Assembly (NCBI GenBank): GCA_000091205.1
Contig: AP006502.2
DNA length: 64,000 nt
Reading direction: 5' to 3' (one strand)
Source: Cyanidioschyzon merolae
Taxonomy: Eukaryota
Shown: positions 1 through 12,528 of the stretch, piece after piece
How the letters are laid out: each line of letters begins with the position of its first letter
Position numbering within the stretch: the stretch's first letter is position 1
The notes under the pieces: model-generated
Database searches by the model: none
What the model saw: only the letters and a program-made list of their open reading frames with translations
What the model was told of the DNA's origin: nothing
Program-made: the position numbers and the translations under genes

Positions 1-3000
1 CCAGAGCGAGACACCCGACGCGAACGATGCCCATAGAAGAAACGGCATCTGTTTGCACACCGGAAGCGAGCACAGATGAAGCTTCTCGTCTGATGAGCGG
101 TAACTGTGCTGTGAGGTCACTGAGCTGCACGAGCAGACAGCGCTGCGCTAGCTCGAGCGCCAAGGTTTCGGCTTCGAACACCAGACAAGCTCCGGGCGAG
201 GCCAATGCCAGCCGCTTTCGTACCTGCAACCGCATGCGAGAAGCTTTGAGAATGCACGCTCCGGCTGCTGCGGTACCGTCGAATCCTGCCCAGTCGATGA
301 CCAAGTGCAGACGCTGACACTGCACATCCGAACTGCCGTCCAACGATGTATCCACAGGTGGCTGCTCGGTACTCGCTGCGGACACCCAGGGGGTGCGCAT
401 GATGCGCAACAGGCTCTCTTGAGCTTGGTATACGTATCGGAGTATTGCAACCGGCACTAGACGCACCGACACCTGGGACAGGATGACCATAGGTATGCGG
501 GCGTGCGGATCGCGAGCACCATCAACAGCGACTAGTTGTGAACGCGAGTGCCCTGCCCAGTACCAAGCAGTCAGCAAAAATGGCTCTTCGGAAGCGAACA
601 GTGTCATTTCCGTGGGGGCGCTCGCGTCCAGCTGCTCGATCGGCAGCGTAGTGCAGCAAGCAGACCAGTGACCGGTGCCAGTATGCACTTGTAGACCTGC
701 CAGACAGGGCGCTGCTTGCTCCTCTCGATGATGTGACTTCAATGGAGCGGCTGCTTGCGGTCGCTCCTGCTCTCGATAAACCCGACAGGCAACCGCGATG
801 GCATCCTGGCCGGTTGCAGTTGCGTTGGCGATGCTAGCGCTGTCGAGTGCAAGCGCGTCAACGGGATCGACCCAGGGCACCCGGATTCCGTGCAACTCGA
901 GTGAGAGCCTCCCAGACGTCTCATGGATCAGCTCAACGTGCAGTCTATCTACCTCGACAACCGCGACTATGCGAGTTCGTTTCGGGAACGCCGCGTGCTC
1001 GCCTCGCGTTGCAGCGGCTGCGGCTGCAGGTTGCGTATCCGACACAGAGAAGCGTTGAACTGAGGCGCTTAGCTGGGGTTCCATCACCACGTTTCCCGCG
1101 TTGCTGTTGCTAACGTTTCTGTCGTTCGTGTTGCCTTGATGGCGATGCAGAAGCAGCGCATCACTTAGCTGCAGGTCTATAGCGGCAATCGCAGCGCTCA
1201 GCTGCTGGCAAACGAAAGCGTCAGCCGTATTTTCCGCTAGTATTGCGCGTGTTCTCGCTGTCTCGGGAGCCGAGAGCACCCAGGACCCCGCTGTAGTCAA
1301 CGTCGACGGCTCGGGAGCGTCCTCCTGGGTACCGGAGAGCATGCCCGAAAGCCAGTGCAAACGCAATGCTACCAGCTGTGTGCTGGTCGGGCGAAGCGTC
1401 AACCGGAGGGATGCCAGCGGAGTGCTCGTTTTGCTACTCGAGGCGGTTGCCACTTGCAGATCGTTCACTGCTGGCCTTGTGCTGGGATGCAGCTCGAGCG
1501 TCAACGATGCAAGTGTCAGGCATGCTGTGGTCAGTTTGTTTCTCCAAAATTGCAGCTCAACATTCCACGTTTCCGTACGCAAACCAATAGAAAGCGGTGG
1601 CCAATCGTTCAGCAGCGAGACGTACTCGGTAAGCCACTTCGTGTCGATCTGGAGTGCTTCCAGCTGTCCAGCACAGGCGACTTGGAGCGCTCTGTGTTCG
1701 AATGCTCGCCAGAAAGGCACCCAAGGCACGGAGAGATTCGCTTTCGCTTCCGTTGTTTCAGGGCTGATGCAGTAGTTACCATGCAATGCTGCTTCTCCTG
1801 CTTCTGCTTCCGCTGATGGCGTTGCGGTGCCTTGGCGTTGGGGTTGTGCAGCGAGCAGCGCCGCTAGCGGCCGCAGACCACCAGGGATACGGATCTGCAA
1901 CGGTGATATCTGGAACCATATTCGGATGATGTTGCCAGCATAGGCGTTCATTAAGAGCATAACTCGGAGGTAGAGAGGTTTCACTACGATCTGATCTTTC
2001 CAGCGCAATGCCAAGGCGTCCAGATGGAGGCACTTGCATATCGTACCATCGAGGCGGAGCCAGTGAAGAAACTGTTCGGGTGATGGCGCCTTATCTTCCA
2101 GTTTCATGGCGTCGAGAAACCGAATGGCCTCGCTCTCGTTCGCGGGACTAAAGAGCATCAAGCGTTCCCATGTGATCCAAAAGGCACCAGCATCCAATGT
2201 TGGATCTGTTTTCGCTCTCTGTTCACCGGACGTGTCAAGCAACCCCGGCAAGTGGATAGATACGGTGCAATGCGTTACGTCGATTCGAAAGCTGCAAGCG
2301 TAGACACCTAGCCGCTCCAGCAAGTACCAGGCAATGGAGGCAGCTGCCCGCTGAGAGGAACGTCCCGTGGCACGCTGCTGAGCCGCTCTCAACGCAGACG
2401 AAGCCGTTTCAGCGTCTGGGTGCCTTGGCGTGCTTTCCCCAGTTTGCTCGGAGTTTGGAGCGTATCCAGCATTCGATGCAGTGCAGTGCGTTGTGCCCGT
2501 TTCACTGCTTGAGGCAGTCTCGACAGATGTGCGTTCGTACCGGAGCTCCAGGAATACCTCATCCAGCACCAACGCAAAGCTCTTTCGCCAAGAATGAAGC
2601 CACGGAAGCGACAGCGTGATCTGACCTATCTGGCCACCGCTTAGTTCCAGACGTCCCGTAGTGACACCCGTGTTCGCCGGGTACAGGGTTTGCGGCAGCA
2701 GCGTCGCTCGGTGCAAGTTGAGGAAGCCGCGTCTCAGACTCCACGCAACTTGCTCCGGTGCCAACTGTTCAAGGTACTGGTTCAGCCATTTTTGCAAGGT
2801 GCGCACGATGAAGCCTTCTCGCATAGCCAAGCAGCGTTACTGGGCCAACTGATGCCTCAACTGCACACCAAGCAGCCCAGTGGTGTGGCACCAGGGTTGA
2901 GCGCAGGGGCTCGAATCTCGTGCTCTGTTCAGTGTTCCGTTTTTTGAATCGCAGAGCGCCGCAGCAGGTACGGCAGTGGAACGTTCTGCCCTGTTGCTGG

Positions 3001-3867
3001 GTGCATACCAGGAGCAAGCGTTTGGTAGTGACAGCACTTCCTGTTGCTGTCGTTCGTGGTGGTCAGTGGAGGTGTCTCAGTACCCGGATGAAGAAGCGTG
3101 GATACCTGGAGGTCATGGTTGTTTCGGGCCGGTTTCGGTGTGTTATCGAGGCTTGTTGACGTTAGGTGCTGGTGACGATGTGGCGCGTCGGCAACGATCC
3201 ACACGAACACGCGTCAGAACAGAACGGGAAGCGTCCGCTTCTGTAACTCGAGCGTAAACGCTAGAGTTTGGGACAATGCCCAATATCACTCGTACAGCGT
3301 TTGGGGGTTCTATCTGTAAAGGATTCCTTTTTATCCACCTAATCGATGACTTGAAACACGCAGGTCTGTCTCGTCTGTCCATTTTCATTGTCAGCAGTTG
3401 AAGCATATCGATGACGGTGTTCATGATCCGATTGTGCTGCTCCTGGATATTGTCGACGCATTTGATGCACAGGCAAATGTTGCGGTCGACGCTTCGCTTG
3501 TTCGTTGCATCTTTTTCGTGGACAGCTCCAATGCATCATTCATTCGCATGGGTGACTCTTGACCGTGGTCGAGTGCTCCCAGATATCTGCCATACCTCTG
3601 CCTCCGAGTGCTGCTGTATAATGCATGCACGCTAGCTTTATCACTCATTTCATGTCCTGGATAGGTAAACAAGTCTTCACGCTATCGCATCCTCCGTTTT
3701 CGCGCGCGGTTCAGTACCTAATGTCGACATGCTTCTTCCGAGCGATAACGATTGGGGATTACGCTGTCCATTGCACACCTAAGTGCAAGGGATTCCATCC
3801 GATATTGGATTTGCACCGTGCAATGTAGTCCATGATGAAACAAGTACTGAAAGCAAAATCCAGACTG

Positions 3868-3896
3868 AACAACAACAACAACAACAACAACAACAA
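3868..3896. repeat. (AAC)n microsatellite
   Basis: aacaacaacaacaacaacaacaacaa. Confidence 0.95.
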
Positions 3897-6529
3897 GTCG
3901 AGGATTTTCGCTCCATCTACGTGCCATTCGTACAACGCGGTGATGTAGGCTGCATTGGAGGCAATCACTGCGATACTTCAAGTTCGAGTCCGAAACCCCT
4001 TTCGATGCAGGTAGAAGTGTCGGGCGCCGCTGCGAACAAATCCCCCGGAAGGTATCAAGCCGCTGACGAGTGACGTTTCATCGATGGCTACAAAAACAGG
4101 ATGATTTCGTTTTCGAAACGAGGTTGATTATTCGGCGTCATAGATGATACGAGCTTTGGACTTGAGCTTCAGGAGAAATCGTCAAGGCCTGATGTCGAGT
4201 AGTTTTTGCATCATATATCCATCGGTACGAATTCATGTACACACGACTTGTTTTGAAGCATAAAGATCGAAATCTCGAAGATTGCGAGATTCAAGCACCC
4301 GACATGTAAGTAATGAGGAAGCGTGGGGACCCCCACGAATGCATGGGATAATGATATCGGTTATGTTCAGGAACACGTGTTCGTGGGCATCGCGCTGGAT
4401 CTCGATCCCTGGAACGAAACAAATTCCAGCTGCGGAGAATCGGCGGAACCTCGTTGGAAAAGACACTCGAATATCCGGAATACAACGTATACATTCCCAA
4501 GCCCATGTTGCCGCGCTTTACCTGTCGTGAATGTTCTTCTGAAGTTCGTTCGGAATCACGTGGAACGACAGGAAGAGAGTGAGTGGCAGAAAACGCTGGT
4601 TACGCTGACTAGGGTACAGCAGGCGTCTTGGTAAGCGCGTTTGAGCACGTTGTGTCGAGTGCATACCGGTTCTTTTAAAGTTTGCGAAATATCGACTGTG
4701 TTTTTCTGAAGTTCTGGCGTCACTCGACACTGGCGGTGCGATGTGTAGGACGAGCAACGCGCTCTCACGCAGAAATCGACATGCTTTACATGTTTCCGGT
4801 AGGGGGCTTATGACCAAGCAGAGACGTATTACCGAACTGTGTTTTCGTTGCAGAAATCGATACAACGATAGATCTGGCAAGCTGGGCTGTTCGCGAAACG
4901 TGCTATCGGTTACATGTAAACGGTAGCCACGAGCAACTTTCTGCAAGTGCCGGAGATTCTCGTAAGCTTGCAACGGCTACCGCACCCTAGATCGTACACG
5001 AAAACTGCGTGACGTGGAGTGCGTTCACGTTCACGGAAGTTATTGTTCGCGATGGAGGGGTGCTTTGGAGGCACGTTTCCGAACGTGGCTCGTATCTGTG
5101 AAGGTGTCTGCTATGCGTTTACAAAATGACGCTGCAATGGGCATTGGCTCACGCGGTTTGCGATAGAATGGGGCGGGGACTCGTCACCGTGCCCCGCCTT
5201 TGGCGTGCAGCACGTCTTGCCTCACAGAACGGACGCCCCCGGGGGCGCGGCGGGTCGCAACCCGCTAGACCGTACACTGCTCTGGGATATCATGAAGCCG
5301 TGCTTTCTGCCGAACGTTTCTACACACGCTGCGCTGCGCTGCGCCGCACCGCGCCACCGAAAACGTCTTCCTCAGACTCGAAGTCGACAAGGCCACAACG
5401 AAGCCGTTTAGCTCTGAGCCTTGCTCGAAGAAAGCCTGACCCGTTCCGTACAATACTAAAGTCGCTTGCCCATGCACACTCCGGGGAACGCAAGGCAAGT
5501 CTGGACGCACCTCCTCGAGCCGCGATCTCTGCCCACAGTGGTCCATGCGGCAGACTCGCGAAAACTGCGCGAGGCATCTCGGGAAGAATCGCTCAAACTT
5601 GTTGTTGCTTGGAGTGCTCAGGATGCGCGCAGCTGCATTTCGGATCCCCACTCCTGAGCGGAAACGGCACATGTGTCTTCGAGCATGTTGAAGGCGACTT
5701 GCTCGCATCTCAGCGCAAAAGTGTGGAGTCCGGTGTTCCACCAATGTATGCAGGCACTAATTGAGGCAGGCGAGTGCTCGGAAACGCTACGTCGATTGCA
5801 AACACTGCAAGCAGAGCGTGATCGGAGCACCTCGATATGCATCACGAGCACAAGGCCTTGCGGCGATGAGCGGCATTTCTCGCGGCAGCATCAACTTGAC
5901 CGCCACGGTGCAGGGATGCCCTTCATGGACGCACGGCTGTGTACAAGCAGCGTGTTGGCTCTGAATGAGAGCCACTAGAACGCAGGTGCACCCCGAATCA
6001 CTGAGTGCGCAACGGCAAGCACAGTTCGTCTCCAGCAAGTACGCTGATGCAATGTGCGAGAGCGCGCAGCCTGGTCTTCACAGCGCTGTGAGAACTGTAG
6101 ATGTGGCTTTCCAGGTTTCGCTGCTGGTCGAAAGACGCGCTCATGTGGGCTCGTTCACAGGGGTCAAGGCTCGTTCACGAGGCGATGAGTCGGACTTGGA
6201 CGATTCGGCACCGGGTTTTCCGTCCCGTAGCCTTGAAATCGTGCTTTCCATGACGCTTTTGATCGCAGCTGTTGATTTGTAAAGCCAGGTCGCTTGTGTA
6301 CTAGCGATCAAGAGCATAGTCATGCATATGGACGTCGTTGCCGCGGCTCCATCGCACCGCAAGCGCAAGCACTATGGTGCAATACGCGGCACGTACTGCT
6401 GCCTGCTATCCAGTAGATAATCAAAGCACGGGGTAGAGTGAGATCAGCGTTATGGACTGTGGAGCGGAGCAACCGGATCCGCGTAGGGTAGATCAGCGAA
6501 CGTACACACTTGGAAGTAGTCGTGTGCGA

Positions 6530-6800
6530 TCGAGCTATTCAGCATCAAACTGACCCTGCACGCCTAAAGGATGTGTGCAGTGCCTTGTTGCAGCAACAGA
6601 CAGTATTCAGCACCAAAGATTCTCAGGGGGTTCCAATCAGAGTTCACTACCGCACGCTCAGATCCGAAGGCACGTAGCACCCGAAAACCCCTTGAGACGT
6701 AGACTGGAGGTAGAGTGCCTTGTTCCTAAAACAGACAGCATTCAGCACCCTCCAAGTTCTAAGGGTTTCATTCTGATATTCAGTACCTCGTTACCACATC
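6530..6800. repeat. degenerate ~65-130-bp tandem repeats upstream of the hisC-like gene (recurring 'YATTCAGCAYC' blocks)
   Basis: Related blocks at ~6537, 6604, 6738 and 6776, each containing '..ACAGACAGYATTCAGCACC..'. Confidence 0.5.
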
Positions 6801-7166
6801 AGTCCGCTTTCCGTACCAGTCGATTCAGGAATGAAAGACCACAAGTTTCGTATCTCAATCCCGCTTCAGAATGCACCCTGCACTGCTTGCAGGCAAGAAG
6901 CAGCGACACCGCCGCGCATCTTCGCTTCAGACGTGGCAGCAGCGTTGGCGTTCTCGTGAACGGCGCATAGGATAGACGTTTCGTCTGCTTCATTTCGGAC
7001 CTAGACCATGTTTCTGTGGTTTAGTGCTCCCTTATTTACAAGAAGCAATACGGGCACGCGGTGGATACCTGTAGGCAAACACCCGCTCGCCTGGGAACAG
7101 GCACGAGTGTGGCGTTGTCTTCACGAGCCGGCTGTGTTGGCGCTCCGCGGCCAGGACGCTGCCGCA

Positions 7167-8471
7167 ATGTCGAAGAAACGAGTCAGCAGCGCTTCGATGG
7201 AGCCGTTCAACGTTGAATCGCTCGTCCGGGACGAACTTCAGCGTATGGAACCCTACGCGCCGATCCTACCGTACGAAGTACTCGCGCGACAGCTCGGACG
7301 CGATCCGAGTGAAATCATCAAACTGGACGCGAACGAGAATCCTTATGGCGTTTGTCCCGCCGTGCGAAACGCAGTGGCGGCTGCACCTTTCCCGCATATT
7401 TACCCGGATCCCGAGTCACGAGAGCTGCGCGAGGCGCTGGCGGCGTTCACGGGCGTACCTGCCTCGCGACTCCTTGTGGGCCACGGTGCCGACGAGCTCA
7501 TTGACCTTATTTTTCGACTCGTGATCCGAGCGAATCATCAGGATACTGTAGTGAACGCTCCACCTACGTTCGGTATGTACCAGTTCGATGCGGACTTGAA
7601 CGCAGCCAAAGTGGTTTCGGTATGGCGAAAAGCTGACGATGGCTTTCGCTTCCCAACCGAGCAGGTGGAGGCGTACTTTGCAGAAATCGCTGCTGCACGA
7701 GAGCGAGGCGTAGACCAGTCCTACCCCAGGATTGTCTTCGTGACTTGCCCCAACAACCCCGATGGCTCCCGAATATCGGATAGCGATCTGCGACGACTTT
7801 TACGCCTACCAACCCTGGTGGTGCTCGACGAAGCCTATATTGAGTTTGCGGATAGCGAGGAGGAGCGTTACCCAGATGCATCGGGCGGCAGCGAGACGCG
7901 TGCAACGGTTACAGAGCCACCCACACGGATTCGCTGGGTTCTTGAATACCAGAATCTCATCGTTTTACGAACGTTTTCCAAATGGGCCGCCCTAGCCGGC
8001 CTGCGGGTAGGTTATGGTGCTTTCCCGGAAGCGCTTCTGCCGCATCTCTGGAAAATCAAACAGCCCTACAACGTCAATGTGGCTGGGCAGGTTGCCGCCC
8101 TGGAAGCGCTATGTCAACGAGATCTCCTGTTCCAGCAAGTTTCATGGATGAAAGCGGAACGCCAACGCCTTTACCAAATCCTTCAGGCACCGCAGTTCGC
8201 GTGGTTGCATCCATACCCATCACAGAGCAACTTTGTGCTCTGTCGAGTGCGTTCTGATGATGCGCTCTGTAATGGATCCCGAAGAAAGGTTGCCTCTGCC
8301 CGGGCCCTGCGTGATTTTCTGCGAGATCGCGGTATTCTCATTCGTTACTATGATTCGAAAGGTCTGACAGACTGTATACGAATTTCCATGGGGACACCCG
8401 CCCAGATGGATCGCCTCTACGAGGTGTTGGAAGCGTACGCTCGTGTTCTCGGATATGGAAATGAAAGATAA
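7167..8471 (+). CDS. histidinol-phosphate aminotransferase (class II PLP-dependent aminotransferase, HisC/HIS5 family)
   Basis: ORF 7008..8471; the first ATG in that frame is at 7167 (MSKKRVSS...). Motifs: LDANENPYG, GHGADELIDL, PLP-lysine context RTFSKWAALAGLRVGYG, C-terminal GILIRYY. An acidic ~50-aa insert sits between the large and small domains. Confidence 0.85.
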   Translation: MSKKRVSSASMEPFNVESLVRDELQRMEPYAPILPYEVLARQLGRDPSEIIKLDANENPYGVCPAVRNAVAAAPFPHIYPDPESRELREALAAFTGVPASRLLVGHGADELIDLIFRLVIRANHQDTVVNAPPTFGMYQFDADLNAAKVVSVWRKADDGFRFPTEQVEAYFAEIAAARERGVDQSYPRIVFVTCPNNPDGSRISDSDLRRLLRLPTLVVLDEAYIEFADSEEERYPDASGGSETRATVTEPPTRIRWVLEYQNLIVLRTFSKWAALAGLRVGYGAFPEALLPHLWKIKQPYNVNVAGQVAALEALCQRDLLFQQVSWMKAERQRLYQILQAPQFAWLHPYPSQSNFVLCRVRSDDALCNGSRRKVASARALRDFLRDRGILIRYYDSKGLTDCIRISMGTPAQMDRLYEVLEAYARVLGYGNER

Positions 8472-10265
8472 TCGGAAAAGCGACCTGGTTGCTTTTGCTT
8501 CGTGCTCACCGAGAATGCCAGTAAGGCGTTCGCGGAGCCTTTGCCAGCGAGTCATTCCGCGAATTCCAGCAGTAAACCTGTTGCTTGAGGCAAGAGCTTG
8601 TGAGCCGTACCCATGTTGCATGCATATGTGAAGGGTGTGGTGCTTGCTTGTAGGTATCTGGTACTTCCAACCGAAATGGACTCGAGGTTGAAGCATCGTC
8701 GACATGTACACGCAACGCTGCATGGAGCACTTGTTCAGTGTCCAGCAGAGACTCGGACAAGAACATTGTCGGGACTCGAGGGCGTCGCACGAGCAAAGCT
8801 CAACATGGCCCTGTACTCGATATCGGGGCATTTCCGGTTCTCTGAAGCATGCCCGGGTCTACTGGGCGTCGTCTTGAACAAAATGAAAATATGTTGCAGG
8901 CCCAGCTGATCAGAATGATTCCCAGTGAGCACGGTTGCCTTCACCCGCAGTGGCGATCTTCCCAGAATGGGAGCAGGAACCGTTTCTCGTTTGGCGCCCA
9001 GCTCAGCGTCTGCGTCGATCCGACAACCACATCATTGTCGAGTAAATCAGAGAAATCTGTAGCGATGTTCGCATTCCAAGTTTAGCGAGTTTGCAAGGCA
9101 CAGCGCTCCGAAACGGGCACGAACACAATCGAGAGGTTGTTCGAATATGCCAGGTAACTTTTCTGATACACTGTATTTCCGCGAACGGATGAGCTTCCTC
9201 GTATTTCCTCATACTTGATTCATAACTTGACGCGAGCGCGTATTGCAAATAAACGTCTATTCGCTCAAGTCGGAAGGTCGGGGCATTGCGAAAGCATTAG
9301 AAAACTGTCAGCACTGGAATCAAAGTGTGCCTCAACGCTGCTTCATGCGTAATCGACATCACCAAGAGTTTCTCGCTCATTTTCAGCACGCGACAGCGTT
9401 AGGCAATGTTGCGCATACGCCACCAAACCACGAGTTTTCTACTTTGCTCCAGCGTATGCGAATGGCTTCTGAAGCAGCATTCATTGCCGGTCGCAAAGCG
9501 TGGTCTTCACTTTCATGGTCTGAATGCCCGCTGATGTAGACACAGGTACGGTTTCGACCACGCTCCAGCGCATTGAGTACCGTCGGAAACAGGCAACATG
9601 CGGGCCCTCGAGTCGAAACACGCGCTTGCTGAACGCAGATGCACGAGTCGAAGCGCAGTTACTTCTGCGATACTGCTTTCATCGCTGCAGAGTTCGTGAT
9701 CGTAACAGACGCGGCTGTAACTCGTCATGTTCATAAAAAGTTCGTGTTATGCTAAAGAGTTCTTCATCAAGAGATCGATCTCAAATGAAATTACTCAGGT
9801 GTGGAGACGTGTTTCGGACAGAGTAGCGAATCCTGCGGAATGTTCACGGGGTTGGATCCCAACGCCATGCTCGACTGCGTATATGGGTCACGAAACGTGT
9901 GTTCCATGGAGCGTCGAATACAACAGCACTACCAACGATATGGACTCGATTGCTCTTTTGAAACAATGGACTTTACAGAATCCACGTCTGCTCCTTTGCA
10001 GATCATTTCGATATAACCACAACCGCGATTCATCCAACAAGTATTATTATGCGCGATATGGACTCGAATGCTCTCTTGAAACACTGAACACGATGGACCG
10101 CAGCGTATGCTAAGCGCTTGACCACGTGATCCACAGCGCAACACTTATTCGTTGACCCAGCGTTCTTGCGTCCGTTGTTGTGCTGCGGGACGCTTCTGCT
10201 CAGAAAACAACGAAACACATCATAGTTGTTTTTTGTTTTAAAAGAGTCGGGTTATAGTGAAGCAA

Positions 10266-10736
10266 ATGGCCACAGGCACGACAGGCGCAAGAGTGCTCTC
10301 CATGGCCTCCATTCTGCGTCACAGAGCGTCGTTACCAACGCGAGCGATCGCTCGGGTGCTGCTCGAAGCCGACGGAGGTCCGATCGAGCACAACGCGCTG
10401 TGGAAGCTCGCCCGACGAGTGAAGCGTCTGGAAACGAAGGGTAACCCGGTTCACGCTACCCAAGACTCAGCGGCAACTGTCGAGGCGTCACCGGCACTCG
10501 CGGACAACGTGCGCACGACGACTCCTGCAACGCCGGTGCTCCGCAGTAAGACGCACTTTAAGAAAGTACTTTATCAGATGAAGCGCATGCAGACTGTGGA
10601 AGTGCGTGCCGAACCTTTGACGGAAGCAAGGGAGTCAACAACTCGTCGTCAATTTCTTGTTCGGCTGACTGACAAGGGCCTTCGAAAGTACACGCAAGAA
10701 CTCGATACCTTATACAAGAACCAAATCCTAGAGTAA
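10266..10736 (+). CDS. hypothetical protein (basic, ~156 aa)
   Basis: 159-aa ORF 10257..10736 that starts at GTG in the track; the first in-frame ATG is 10266. No motif I can name; codon usage is consistent with neighbouring genes. Confidence 0.3.
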   Translation: MATGTTGARVLSMASILRHRASLPTRAIARVLLEADGGPIEHNALWKLARRVKRLETKGNPVHATQDSAATVEASPALADNVRTTTPATPVLRSKTHFKKVLYQMKRMQTVEVRAEPLTEARESTTRRQFLVRLTDKGLRKYTQELDTLYKNQILE

Positions 10737-11088
10737 GCTACGTCGCTGGAATACCACTCGAGCCTGGTGATACAGCGGTTTTGTAGATTCGGTGCGCCCT
10801 ATGAACCCTGGGCGGCAGATCAGTTGACAGCCTCGTATCTATGCTGCATTTCGAGCGCAAGAAAAACAATGCCCTGGGGTATCGCGGGCAAGCACCAATT
10901 CAGCAACCGAGCGAAGGGTTTCCTAACAAGCTCCACAATCGATGAAACGAAAGCGTTTGAGAAACAACCGGTCAGATGGGATGCAGTGGCAGTGGCAGCA
11001 GGGCGAATGCCTGGCATTATGATCGCAAGTCTCGCATCGAAGCCTCTCGATGTAAGCCAGCCAATCAACTATCATGATCATCTCCAAC

Positions 11089-12528
11089 CTATTTACCAAC
11101 GGTTGCTGTGGATGCTGCACCCGTATGGCGTTGATGGAAAAGCAGGCGAAGGAGTGCTCTGGTTAGCAGATGTGGGTCGTGACCTGGAGGTTTGCTGGTG
11201 GAAAGCATCGCACCCGAGGCCGCAGACTCCTCGCTCGGCGCCCGTAAGCGATCCACTTGAAAGGATACACCTGAGTGCGCTTCTATGATTAGTGATTCAG
11301 TCGCTGCTGCTGCTGCTGCTGATGATGATGATGATGACGAAGACGACGACGGCAACAACGAGACGAGTACAGGGTGCGTCTGTGATGATTTTGTTGCAAC
11401 GGAAACCTCTCGATGCTGGGGCTCAACGAGCGACGCCTCTACGGCATGCGACTGAACCTGGGAGACGTCGATGAGCACCTGCAGGGGTATCCTTGACGCG
11501 GGTTGTTCAAACTCGGATTCCTCAGCATCCAGGATGGCTCGCAGCGCATCCACATGAGCCCAAACATCCATCCCGTCCGTCTCTCCTGGTTCTGTCCACA
11601 AATTACAGACATAGATTGGACGTTTGGGTGATCTGGGATCTACGCTACTCCACTTTCGAATAGCGTCTCGAATTGGCGTGATCGCCGCAACGGCTGCAAT
11701 GCTGGTAAATAACGAGCCAGGTCCCAGAATGATCGCATCCGCAGTACGAATGGCCTCGAGGGCCTCTGGGCAGGCGCTTGGCTCGCCTCGGGTGTCGTCA
11801 TTCGTCGATGCAGTGGTACCATTGGCGGCTGCAGTGCGCTCCACGTGCACTTGGAACAAACGCCCTGGAGAGCGCGCAAAGTTGCTTTCTCCGCGAATGG
11901 TTTCGCAAACAGGCTTGGATCCGCTGTGTCTAGGATTAGAGCCCGGCGAAGACGCTTTGGATCCCACCAGCTCAAGCAGATCATCGGATGCAGGCCATAT
12001 GCGACAGCGCTCGACGGGAATCCCCAGCAGGTGGCAGAAAGCCTGCACAGCACGCGAGCAACGCCGTCCGCAACTTTCGTAGAGCGCAGCCAACACCAAG
12101 TTCCCGAGTGCATGGCCAGTCAAGGCCTGCTCGCCGTTTGTTTCGACCCTGATGGAACCGGTGCCCAGGCGATGGCCCAGCAAACGCCACCAGGCGATAT
12201 CCTCCGCAGTCGACGATGCGTTTGCATCAGCCGCAGAATCGTAACGCTCGCTACCACTTACCTCAGCGTTACATCGTGCGCTGAGCGCTAGTGCCGAGCA
12301 GACTCCTTCCAATGCATTGCGAATATCACCCATAGCAGGCATACCGAGCTCAGCGCGAATGCGACCAGTGCTACCGCCGTCATCCGAGGTGCAGATCACC
12401 GCTGTAATATCCAACGGCATATGGACTTGCGACCAGTACACGAGACCATGGAGAAGGCGATGCATTCCTGTACCGCCGCCCAGGAGGACCAGACGTGGTG
12501 GTTTTCGTGTCGCTCCTGCATGATCCAT
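11089..12528 (-). CDS. CofD/YvcK (UPF0052) family protein (2-phospho-L-lactate transferase / gluconeogenesis-factor-like)
   Basis: 644-aa stop-to-stop ORF 11089..13023. Family hallmarks begin after Met166 (ATG = rc of 12526..12528): 'PRLVLLGGGTGMHRLLHGL' (N-terminal GGGTG loop) and 'AIILGPGSLFTSIAAV' (GPGSLFTS), then 'PIYVCNLWTEPGETDGM'. The C-terminal tail carries an S10-A6 homopolymer run encoded by (GCT)n(GAT)n at 11303-11350. The upstream 165 codons have no motif and are probably read-through. Confidence 0.7.
   Translation of the reverse strand: MDHAGATRKPPRLVLLGGGTGMHRLLHGLVYWSQVHMPLDITAVICTSDDGGSTGRIRAELGMPAMGDIRNALEGVCSALALSARCNAEVSGSERYDSAADANASSTAEDIAWWRLLGHRLGTGSIRVETNGEQALTGHALGNLVLAALYESCGRRCSRAVQAFCHLLGIPVERCRIWPASDDLLELVGSKASSPGSNPRHSGSKPVCETIRGESNFARSPGRLFQVHVERTAAANGTTASTNDDTRGEPSACPEALEAIRTADAIILGPGSLFTSIAAVAAITPIRDAIRKWSSVDPRSPKRPIYVCNLWTEPGETDGMDVWAHVDALRAILDAEESEFEQPASRIPLQVLIDVSQVQSHAVEASLVEPQHREVSVATKSSQTHPVLVSLLPSSSSSSSSSSAAAAAATESLIIEAHSGVSFQVDRLRAPSEESAASGAMLSTSKPPGHDPHLLTRALLRLLFHQRHTGAASTATVGK
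11303..11350. repeat. (GCT)n(GAT)n(GAC)n compound microsatellite encoding the Ser/Ala run in the CofD-like C-terminus
   Basis: gctgctgctgctgctgctgatgatgatgatgatgacgaagacgacgac. Confidence 0.95.

Noticed and set aside
7008-7166. Upstream extension of the HisC ORF (track start 7008)
   Set aside because: The 53 upstream codons (MFLWFSAPLFTRSNTG...) have no family similarity. The family alignment begins just after the ATG at 7167.
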